From an uncultured Spirochaetaceae bacterium (GTDB lineage: Bacteria; Spirochaetota; Spirochaetia; Treponematales; Treponemataceae), in the NCBI GenBank assembly GCA_902785455.1, contig CACZYY010000008.1, forward strand, positions 851 through 64,850: 64,000 bases of DNA, read 5' to 3'. The notes under the pieces were generated by a model. It was not told where the DNA came from, did no database searches, and saw only the letters and a list, made by a program, of their open reading frames with translations. How positions within the stretch are numbered: position 1 is the first letter of the stretch; each line of letters opens with the position of its first letter. Shown here piece after piece: positions 9,496-17,348 of this stretch. The position numbers were made by a program, and so were the translations under genes.

Positions 9496-10662
9496 TTATG
9501 CGTCTCCTGTCGTTGTTACAGTGCTGAAGTGAATTTGATTTTTGCCCGCACGTTTTGATTCGTAAAGGGCTGTGTCAGCACGCTTGTATGCGTTGTCGAT
9601 ATCCCTGTCGGTGCTTGTGATTTCTGTGACACCTAAGGATGCGTGAATTCCATTGAGCCTGTCGAATTGAACTTTGTTGAGGGAATCGAGTATGTTCTGA
9701 AGAAGTTCCCGGACTTCATCCTGAGTTTTTTTGCCGCGGATAAAGAGGATGAATTCATCTCCGCCCAATCGACCTGCAATACTGATTTTGGGCTTTAAAT
9801 CCCATGAAGAAATCATTTCGCTGATATAAGATTCAATTCCCAGCTGCTTGATTAATGTTTTGCCTACGGTCTGAATTACTTTGTCACCCATCTGATGGCC
9901 CAGGTTGTCGTTGATGCCCTTGAACTCGTCCAAATCCAAAATACAAAGCGTGATATATTCGTTTGGCTTGGAACGAAGAATTTCCTCTGTGATTGCGAAA
10001 AAACGCCCCCGGTTGAGAAGTGTGGTGAGAGCGTCAAAGCTTGATTTTATTTCTAGTTCGCGTTGAATCTGCAAATCCCGCTGATAAAGAATGAACTGTG
10101 AGACACGGGTGCGCTGGAACGTGTAGTGAAGACCGAAAACCAGAGTCATGACGACAACTGCATTGTAAGTGTCGTTGTATGCGATTGAAAATGTTTTGTA
10201 GAGATATGATGTCGTTAAGAAAATTCCAACCCCGAGAATTGAAAGTGAAATCATGATAGCCATGTTCCCGATGTAAGAAAGTGCAGTGAGCGAAAGAAGA
10301 ACCAGAAACATAGTGGCCGGCATATACGGCGCAAAAATAGAAGTTAAAATTCCGTACGAAAGAAGCCCAATAATAGAAGAAAATACGGTGATATAATTGT
10401 GTTTTTCGGCTGTTTTTGGAAAGACTGTGAGCCACAATTCGAAAATGATTCCAACCAGAAGATATGCGGCATAAAAAGGAATTCGTTCCTGATTTACGCC
10501 GAATAAATTGAGGTATGAAAAAACAAGGTAAAGCAAATTGATGAGAATGAACCACGTGTTTAAAATTGTAGTATGTTTGCGGTTAGTCGTGCGAATCATC
10601 TCGGAACATTCCATGTATGATTCTTTGGTGTAACCATAATAATTGAAACTTCTCGCCGTCAT
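9496..10662 (-). CDS. Membrane diguanylate cyclase
   Basis: About 6 TM, DALTTLLNR, DLDEFK.IND..GH..GD, RLGGDEF, ADTALY.SK..GKN. Confidence 0.92.
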   Translation of the reverse strand: MTARSFNYYGYTKESYMECSEMIRTTNRKHTTILNTWFILINLLYLVFSYLNLFGVNQERIPFYAAYLLVGIIFELWLTVFPKTAEKHNYITVFSSIIGLLSYGILTSIFAPYMPATMFLVLLSLTALSYIGNMAIMISLSILGVGIFLTTSYLYKTFSIAYNDTYNAVVVMTLVFGLHYTFQRTRVSQFILYQRDLQIQRELEIKSSFDALTTLLNRGRFFAITEEILRSKPNEYITLCILDLDEFKGINDNLGHQMGDKVIQTVGKTLIKQLGIESYISEMISSWDLKPKISIAGRLGGDEFILFIRGKKTQDEVRELLQNILDSLNKVQFDRLNGIHASLGVTEITSTDRDIDNAYKRADTALYESKRAGKNQIHFSTVTTTGDA

Positions 10663-10738
10663 GCAAAATTCCTTTCAGATTATTTTATTAAGTGTAAAGG
10701 CGAAATTATGATTTGGCAAGTTATTTTTCTTTCTTATT

Positions 10739-10886
10739 CAGGGCAAACGCATTATAACCGATTTTATATTGAAAATGGCGCAAAGGAGCGAAACGGCTTG
10801 CGAAAACACTCGTTTTGTGCTGCCGCGAGAGCGGCTCTCCTTTGCGCCATTTTCAATATAAAATCGGTTATAATGCGTTTGCCCTG
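10739..10886. mobile_element. ISAs1-type MITE (repeat family 1), 148 bp
   Basis: Perfect 50-bp TIRs starting CAGGGCAAACGCAT. Exact 10-bp TSD CTTTCTTATT (10729-10738, 10887-10896). Confidence 0.88.
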
Positions 10887-10891
10887 CTTTC

Positions 10892-11731
10892 TTATTTTCT
10901 TGCTACGATTACCATTGTCCTTGCGTTCTGATTGTATGGAGAAAAGTCGAAGTCGCCGTAAATTTCTACTGACTTGAATCCGATTCCAATCATTACACGC
11001 TTTAATTCAATTGCTGAATAGAGACGCTGGATAAATTCGTGCTCGATTCGCTCACCAGTCTTGTTGTCGATTAAAATCCATCGTGAGCGCAAGCCTTCCC
11101 AGGCACCAACAACGCTGAAATCCGTGAGAACTGTTTTTCCTGCACGTTCGAACCATTCACCTTCTGTAAAATCCTTGATTGCAATTTCACGGCTGATATT
11201 TTCGAGAATGAAGAATCCGCCTTCACGAACAGCATCAAAAATCGATTTGAGAATCTGAACATCCTCTTCGATTGTGTCACAGTATCCGAACGAAGTGTAT
11301 AAATTGATTGCGCAGTCATATTTTTTTTCTGTTTTGAATGTGCGTAAGTCAGCCTTGATTAGCTCCAGATCCACGCCCTCTGCACTCGCAGTTTCGGCAG
11401 CCGCATCAAGCTCACTCTGAATCAAATCAACGCCGGTCACTTCAAGACCTTTGCTTGCAAGTTCTACGGCAATTCTTCCTGGTCCGCATCCGGCATCCAA
11501 AATCTTTGCGCCCTTGCTCAAACCTGCAATTTTGCAAACACTGTCGGCGACCGTGGGTGCTTCTGCCCAACGAGCTGCATCAAACATTATTGGCCCGTAA
11601 TTGTTCCAGAAATCTTCTTTTTCAAACCATTCAGTTTTATTCCGGATTGTATTGGTGGCAGATGTATTCTGAGAAGAAAGTGTTTTTTTATTCTCTTCTT
11701 TTGTTTTTTTTGATTCTTTCTTTTTTGACAT
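10892..11731 (-). CDS. Class I SAM-dependent methyltransferase
   Basis: ILDAGCGPGR, TGVD, ADLR, YTSFGY. ATG 11731 follows a GGAGG RBS; the longer ORF start lies inside the repeat. Confidence 0.9.
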   Translation of the reverse strand: MSKKKESKKTKEENKKTLSSQNTSATNTIRNKTEWFEKEDFWNNYGPIMFDAARWAEAPTVADSVCKIAGLSKGAKILDAGCGPGRIAVELASKGLEVTGVDLIQSELDAAAETASAEGVDLELIKADLRTFKTEKKYDCAINLYTSFGYCDTIEEDVQILKSIFDAVREGGFFILENISREIAIKDFTEGEWFERAGKTVLTDFSVVGAWEGLRSRWILIDNKTGERIEHEFIQRLYSAIELKRVMIGIGFKSVEIYGDFDFSPYNQNARTMVIVARK

Positions 11732-11744
11732 AAATTCCTCCCTT

Positions 11745-11852
11745 AAAAACTCCGCGTTAGCGGCGTTGCACGGAAGCAACGGATTTGCAAGTTTGTGTCA
11801 ACGGCAGAAACTTGGCCGTGATAAAAATTAAACGGATGTAATTTTTATCATG
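11745..11852 (-). mobile_element. 108-bp structured element inserted at a Shine-Dalgarno site (repeat family 2), copy A
   Basis: Ungapped 93/108 match to 31753-31860. Flanked by exact 8-bp repeat CCTCCCTT (11737-11744, 11853-11860), which is AAGGGAGG on the coding strand. Confidence 0.8.
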
Positions 11853-11921
11853 CCTCCCTTTTTATTCTATTCTATCACATTTATTCCGATAAATACAAAA
11901 CTTAAAGAAAAAATTCAGTGT

Positions 11922-11950
11922 TTGACATTTTTCATTTATCAGATTAAAAT
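11922..11950 (+). promoter_or_regulatory. sigma70 promoter of ptsI, likely leaderless transcript
   Basis: TTGACA-17-TAAAAT, 6 nt before the ATG; no SD. Confidence 0.65.
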
Positions 11951-11956
11951 CCTTAC

Positions 11957-13675
11957 ATGAACGTTCTTTTTGGTCTTTCAGCGTCCGGTGGTATTGGAAT
12001 TGGCAGGGCTTTTATCATCCCTGAAACAGAAAAACGTATTATTTCCTCAAAAAAGATCAAAGACGAAGAAAAGCCAAAGCAGCTTGTCCGATTCGAGAGA
12101 TCCCTTTCTAAAATTGTCGCGCAAATTTCCGAACAGTTAGAGATTGTCAAAAACGACAAAACCCAGTCAGAAATTTTTGAAACATATTTCCTCATGCTCA
12201 ATGACCCGGAATTTTTGGGTGAAGTACGAAAAACCTTTGAAACATCAAATTTTTCTATTGAATACGTTCTCAATCAAAAAACTGAAGAATATGCAAACAA
12301 GCTTCGTTCCAGCGGTAACGCATACCTTGCAGAGCGAGCCGAAGATATTTGTGACATTTTCGGGCGTGTCTTAAATGATTTGCTTGATTTCCATCCTTTC
12401 AATATCGAGAATATTCCGGACGATGTCGTAATCATTGCCAAATCAATGGCTCCGAGCGACACTGTTATTCTTTCAAAGCGTCGTATTGCGGGAATCGCGC
12501 TCACTGACGGCGGTGTTTCTTCTCATGTCGGTATTCTTGCCCGCAACTACGGAATCCCAGCTGTTTTTGATATCGATAATATCCTTGATGAAATTTCAAA
12601 TGATTCCCTGATAATCGTTGATGGTGACACTGGTGAAGTTATCGATGATCCGGATGATTATACACTTTCCGATTATCAAAAGAAAATCGAAATTGCAAAA
12701 GAACATGCGGAACGGCTCAAAAAATTCCGTGACATTCCTGCAAAAACAAAGGACGGTGAGCTTTTCCATCTCATGGCTAACATTGGTACAGTCGATGAAG
12801 CCAAAATTGCTCAAAAAGAAGGTGCTGATGGAATCGGTCTTTTCCGAACAGAATTCCTTTTTATGAGCGAATCAAACAAAAACATGGGTTCGGCTCATTC
12901 AAAAATTGCGGCATTCAGCGAAGAAAGTCAGTTCAATGCGTACAAAACAGTCCTCGAAACCATGAACGGCAAGCCTGTTACAATCCGCACCCTTGATGCT
13001 GGCGGCGATAAAATTATTTCTGCTCTTGATATTTCACATTCCACCAGCGAAGAAAAGAATCCTCTCATGGGATTGCGCGCTATCCGTCTCACTTTGGCAA
13101 ATCCTCAGCTTTTGCGCACACAGTTCCGGGCATTGTATCGTGCAAGTGTTTACGGCAATCTCAAAATCATGCTTCCGCTTATCACGAGTGTTGATCAGGT
13201 CGAAGAATCTCTTGCAATCGCTGCAAAAGTCCGTGAAGAATTAAAGTCAGAGAATATTCCGTTCAATCCTTCCGTTCCAATCGGTGTAATGATTGAGACT
13301 GCCGCCGCTGCCATGATTTCAGATTGTCTTGCAAAAGTCAGTGACTTTTTCTCAATCGGTACGAACGACCTCACTCAGTACACTATCGGCGTTGATCGTG
13401 AAAATTCTCTTGTTGCGCCTCTTTACGATGAATTCCATCTTGCTGTTCTTCGTCTTCTCGACAAAACAATTTCTAATGCACATACTGCTGCAATTGATGT
13501 CTCTGTTTGTGGTGAAATGGCGAGCCGCCCGGAAAGTGCTATGGTTCTGGCTGGTATGGGCGTGCGCACTTTGAGTATGAGCCCCAAATTAATCACAAAA
13601 ATCAAAGAACTTCTATCAAAAATCAGCATGGAAGAGCTAAAAGCCATTTCCTCAAAGAGACTAAATAGTTTATAA
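11957..13675 (+). CDS. ptsI: PEP-protein phosphotransferase (PTS enzyme I)
   Basis: SSHVGILAR phospho-His, GIGLFRTEF, IRTLDAGGDK, NPLMGLRAIR, SIGTNDLTQY, CGEMA. Confidence 0.95.
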   Translation: MNVLFGLSASGGIGIGRAFIIPETEKRIISSKKIKDEEKPKQLVRFERSLSKIVAQISEQLEIVKNDKTQSEIFETYFLMLNDPEFLGEVRKTFETSNFSIEYVLNQKTEEYANKLRSSGNAYLAERAEDICDIFGRVLNDLLDFHPFNIENIPDDVVIIAKSMAPSDTVILSKRRIAGIALTDGGVSSHVGILARNYGIPAVFDIDNILDEISNDSLIIVDGDTGEVIDDPDDYTLSDYQKKIEIAKEHAERLKKFRDIPAKTKDGELFHLMANIGTVDEAKIAQKEGADGIGLFRTEFLFMSESNKNMGSAHSKIAAFSEESQFNAYKTVLETMNGKPVTIRTLDAGGDKIISALDISHSTSEEKNPLMGLRAIRLTLANPQLLRTQFRALYRASVYGNLKIMLPLITSVDQVEESLAIAAKVREELKSENIPFNPSVPIGVMIETAAAAMISDCLAKVSDFFSIGTNDLTQYTIGVDRENSLVAPLYDEFHLAVLRLLDKTISNAHTAAIDVSVCGEMASRPESAMVLAGMGVRTLSMSPKLITKIKELLSKISMEELKAISSKRLNSL

Positions 13676-13682
13676 TAGTTCC

Positions 13683-15284
13683 ATGGCAAAAGCAAAAAGA
13701 AAACCAGATTTCTCAAAACCAAAGCCTCAGAAAAGCGCAGAGGTCGTTGAGCAGGAAGAAGTTATTCCTCAGAGTGTCGAAGCAGAATTTGATGACGATT
13801 CAGATGATTGGAATATAGAAGACACAAGCAATATTATAGAAGATTCTGAAGACTATGCTGAGTACAAAAAGGCCGCTCAAAACGAAGGATATGATACTTC
13901 AAAATATTATGTGAACCTTCCTTTGGTGGTTATTGCAGGCCGGCCAAACGTTGGAAAATCTACTCTCTTTAACAGATTCATGCACCGCCGCCTTGCAATC
14001 GTAGATCCGACCCCTGGCGTAACTCGTGATCCTGTTGAAGCTACCGCATTTATCATGGGCAAACCTGTTCGTCTCGTTGATACTGGCGGTTACAAGCTTG
14101 ACCGTGACCCGACAAGCCGTGAGTCCGAAATGGATGAGCTTGTAGTTCAAAAAACTCTTGCAACAATCAAAGAAGCCGACAAAATCCTGTTCCTTCTTGA
14201 AGCAGGCACAATCACCGGCGAGGACGAAGAATTTATTCATCTTTTGCGTCCGTATTGGGATAAGCTCATTGTCGCTGTAAACAAGTGTGAGGGTGGCAAA
14301 GGGGAGTCCGTCGCATGGAATTATCTCCAGTATGGATTTAAGGACTTGCTTTTTATCTCCGCTGACCATGGCGATCATATCACGGATTTGGCCAAAAAAA
14401 TCACTGAGAACCTTGATTTTTCAAAAGTTGAGGAAGGTGAAAAACCTCAGGAGCCAATCCGAATTGCAATTCTCGGCAAGCCGAACACCGGTAAGTCTAC
14501 GCTTTCAAACCGTCTCACTCATTCAGAAAAGTCAATCGTCTCGGATTATGCGGGAACTACTCGCGATGTAGTTGAAGGCAAATTCCAGTATGCCGGGCGC
14601 AATTTTGAGATTATGGACACTGCCGGAATCCGCCGCAAAAAGAAAGTCCACGAAAATGTCGAATATTATTCTGTTAACCGTGCAATCAAAACTCTGGATA
14701 AATGCGATGTCGTATTCCTTATGATTGACGCGCAGGAAGGTCTGGCTGACCAGGACAAAAAAATCTGTTCATTGGCTTACGAGCGGGGCAGGGGAATCAT
14801 TCTTGTTCTCAATAAATGGGACACACAGGACCAAAGCCGAAAAACTCTCCGCGATACAGTTGATTACATCAAAACAATGTTCGGTCACATGAACTGGGCA
14901 CCAATTCTGCCGCTTTCTGCACTCAACGGCGAGGGAATCAAGGATTTGCTGAACAAAGCAATCGAGCTTTACGGTCAACTTACACGCAAAGTGGACACTT
15001 CCGCCCTCAATAAAGCACTTGCGGACTGGCTTTTCCATTATCCGCCACCAGCAAGCAAGGCAATTCACTTCAAAATTCGTTACATGACTCAGACTGGCAC
15101 AAATCCGGTTTCTTTCCGTATTTTCTGCACCAGCCCGGACAATGTCCCGGAAAGCTACGTCACCTATCTCAAAAACTCAATCCGAAAAGACCTTGGCTTT
15201 GATCAGATTCCTGTCGAGCTGAATATGAAGGCCAGCCGAAAGCGATGGGAAGTCAGAAGCGAGGAACTGGGATTTAAAAGTTAG
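13683..15284 (+). CDS. der: Ribosome biogenesis GTPase Der with N-terminal extension
   Basis: Tandem G domains GRPNVGKS / GKPNTGKS, DTGG/DTAG, NKCE/NKWD, KH-like C-terminus. Confidence 0.95.
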   Translation: MAKAKRKPDFSKPKPQKSAEVVEQEEVIPQSVEAEFDDDSDDWNIEDTSNIIEDSEDYAEYKKAAQNEGYDTSKYYVNLPLVVIAGRPNVGKSTLFNRFMHRRLAIVDPTPGVTRDPVEATAFIMGKPVRLVDTGGYKLDRDPTSRESEMDELVVQKTLATIKEADKILFLLEAGTITGEDEEFIHLLRPYWDKLIVAVNKCEGGKGESVAWNYLQYGFKDLLFISADHGDHITDLAKKITENLDFSKVEEGEKPQEPIRIAILGKPNTGKSTLSNRLTHSEKSIVSDYAGTTRDVVEGKFQYAGRNFEIMDTAGIRRKKKVHENVEYYSVNRAIKTLDKCDVVFLMIDAQEGLADQDKKICSLAYERGRGIILVLNKWDTQDQSRKTLRDTVDYIKTMFGHMNWAPILPLSALNGEGIKDLLNKAIELYGQLTRKVDTSALNKALADWLFHYPPPASKAIHFKIRYMTQTGTNPVSFRIFCTSPDNVPESYVTYLKNSIRKDLGFDQIPVELNMKASRKRWEVRSEELGFKS

Positions 15285-15290
15285 GAATCA

Positions 15291-15370
15291 GGAGGGGGAA
15301 GTCTCCCCCTAAGCCCGCACTTCGTTGCGTGCTACCTCCTCTACAGGGGCTTTGCCCCCGTAACGCCCCC
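15291..15370 (-). repeat. GC-rich three-hairpin intergenic repeat family 4, copy 1
   Basis: Reverse complement matches 35230-35310 (GGGGCGTTACGGGGG...GTAGAG...GCAC..AACGAAGTG...AGGGG.AGAC.T.CCCCT). Confidence 0.75.
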
Positions 15371-15392
15371 ATTTAAGTGCAAGGATTTTGAA

Positions 15393-15722
15393 TTGACATA
15401 TTCAATTGGAGAGGTTGAAGAACTCTCTGGCATTAAGCAAAATGTTCTCCGTTACTGGGAAACTGTGATTCCTGGTTTTGCCCCTCGTAAAGATTTGGGG
15501 GGCAGGAGAGTGTATACTGAGCGTGATTTTGAAATCGTTCTCCGCCTCAAATATCTTATTTATGAACGCAAATTTACGATTGAAGGTGCGCGGAATGAAA
15601 TTTTGCGTGAAGCTCAGGCTTACGAGAACAATGCAGAGGCCATGAACACAATTCGTGAGCTGAGGGGCGAGTTGACACAACTTTATTTTAATATCAAGAG
15701 GGCTAAAAATGAACGAAAATAA
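15393..15722 (+). CDS. MerR family HTH regulator
   Basis: YSIGEV...VLRYWE, GRRVY, FTIEGA. Confidence 0.88.
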   Translation: MTYSIGEVEELSGIKQNVLRYWETVIPGFAPRKDLGGRRVYTERDFEIVLRLKYLIYERKFTIEGARNEILREAQAYENNAEAMNTIRELRGELTQLYFNIKRAKNERK

Positions 15723-17109
15723 CGGAAAAATAGCAAAAAAATTTCCCCGAAGCGAAAATAAGACTGTCAACCGGGCAAGATCCCATGCGCACAGAATTGA
15801 AAAACGTGATTCTTTAAAGTCGAAGGCGGCTTCAATCCGCCGGGAAATGTTCAGCCAGGCCGCAATCCCGGCCGAAAGCAAGAAAATTATCGAAAATTTT
15901 GATGATATTGTCGCTGATGTCCGCAATTTGAGCGGCAAGCAGCGTGTTTCACTTTACGGGGCAATCAAAAATCTTTCTCATCAGCTCACCGATGACAGGA
16001 ATTCTCGTCGTCTTGGCTACATGAACGAGGCGGGCTACATAAGCGCATACATCAGCTATTTTATGTGGTGGAATCTCGTGCGTCAGGTGAGCCTTTTTGC
16101 AAATCTGCCCAAGTCGGCTTTTACTTCTCTCGTAAATTCCGAACAGCCGGTTGCAATCGATGTCGGAAGCGGCACTCTCACAGTTGTTATCGCACTCTGG
16201 CTGGCCCGACCGGAACTTCGCAGCAAAAAAATCACATGGTATTGCATGGATTTAAGCCAGACAGCACTTTCGGCAGGCGAGGATTTGTTTCTTTCGATTG
16301 CAGCAAAGACGATTCGAGAAACGGGAGGGGAAGGCACTTCAGACACAGAAAACCCTGCAACATCCCCCAGCGCTACAACAGAGCCATGGAAAATCGTCCG
16401 TGTCAAAGGTGCTTTCGGAACATCAATCAAGGAAAAAGCAGATTTTATTACCTGCGCGAACGTGTTCAATGAAATTATTCAGAACAATGAAATGCCCACT
16501 GATTTTCTTGCAAAAAAATACGCGAATGAATTGCTTTCTTATCTCAAAAATGAAGATTCAGCAGTCCTTCTCGTTGAGCCGGGCGATCCACACTCTGCAA
16601 GATTTATCTCGCTCATGCGTGATGCTTTAATCCGCCAGAAATACAGCCCTGTTGCTCCATGCCCGCACGCCGGAACATGCCCGATGGCAGGAAGAACCAG
16701 CGGCAAGACAACGAATGCTTACGGCAAAAATGCCAAGTGGTGTAACTTTGCCTTTGATACTGAATCAGCTCCAAGCCGTCTGCTCAAGCTTTCAGAAAAA
16801 GCCGGCCTGCCAAAAGAAAGAGCCAGCCTGAGTTTTGTGATTTCCAAAAAATCCGCAGAAGAGAGCAAAACGTCAACAGCTTCAAAGAGCAAAACCGCCG
16901 AAAAAACATTCATTCGTATCGCATCTGATTTTATCCGCCTGCCAGATTTGCACAAATCGGGCTATTACGCATGTAGTGAATTTGGTATGCTGCTCGCAAT
17001 TGATGAGCACGGAATTCAGCCCAAGAACGGCGAGCTTCTGCAAATAAAAACCCCGGAAGATTTGTCCGAACGCGACAAAAAATCCGGGGCATTGATTGTA
17101 AAAATTTAA
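15709..17109 (+). CDS. Rsm22/METTL17-like small-subunit methyltransferase family protein
   Basis: AY..YF...N, DVGSG, LVEPG, APCPH..CP, WCNF. Confidence 0.75.
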   Translation: MNENNGKIAKKFPRSENKTVNRARSHAHRIEKRDSLKSKAASIRREMFSQAAIPAESKKIIENFDDIVADVRNLSGKQRVSLYGAIKNLSHQLTDDRNSRRLGYMNEAGYISAYISYFMWWNLVRQVSLFANLPKSAFTSLVNSEQPVAIDVGSGTLTVVIALWLARPELRSKKITWYCMDLSQTALSAGEDLFLSIAAKTIRETGGEGTSDTENPATSPSATTEPWKIVRVKGAFGTSIKEKADFITCANVFNEIIQNNEMPTDFLAKKYANELLSYLKNEDSAVLLVEPGDPHSARFISLMRDALIRQKYSPVAPCPHAGTCPMAGRTSGKTTNAYGKNAKWCNFAFDTESAPSRLLKLSEKAGLPKERASLSFVISKKSAEESKTSTASKSKTAEKTFIRIASDFIRLPDLHKSGYYACSEFGMLLAIDEHGIQPKNGELLQIKTPEDLSERDKKSGALIVKI

Positions 17110-17121
17110 ATTCCTCACAGA

Positions 17122-17188
17122 TAGGGAGCGTTAAAAAATTGCACGAGGTGCAATTTTAGCGAGTCTCCCGAAGAGCTATGCTCGTAGG
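17122..17188 (-). repeat. Repeat family 6, nested inside a CACAGAG/CTCTGTG palindromic element
   Basis: Minus strand CCTACG-hairpin-TTCGGGAGACTCGCTAAAA-hairpin-CGCTCCCTA; relatives at 27281 and 59371. Confidence 0.65.
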
Positions 17189-17237
17189 AGCACAGAGTTC
17201 ACAGAGATTTTTTTGAACAAGAACGTTTAACTCTGTG

Positions 17238-17333
17238 AGGGGCAAACGCATTATAAAATATTCCCTGTTAAAAAGCCGTTTCGCTCCTTCACGCCATTTT
17301 CAATATAAAATTGATTATAATGTGCTTGCCCTG
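17238..17333. mobile_element. Internally deleted copy of ISAs1-type MITE (family 1)
   Basis: Ends AGGGGCAAACGCATTATAA and TTATAATGTGCTTGCCCTG. Degenerate 10-bp flanks TAACTCTGTG / TAGCTCAGTG. Confidence 0.7.
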
Positions 17334-17348
17334 TAGCTCAGTGCGGGC

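Noticed and set aside
11732-11779. Shared N-terminal peptide MLPCNA(A/T)N in two ORF-track proteins (also 31826-31873)
   Set aside because: It comes from translating the 108-bp repeat in frame. The real starts are the SD-led ATGs at 11731 and 31874.
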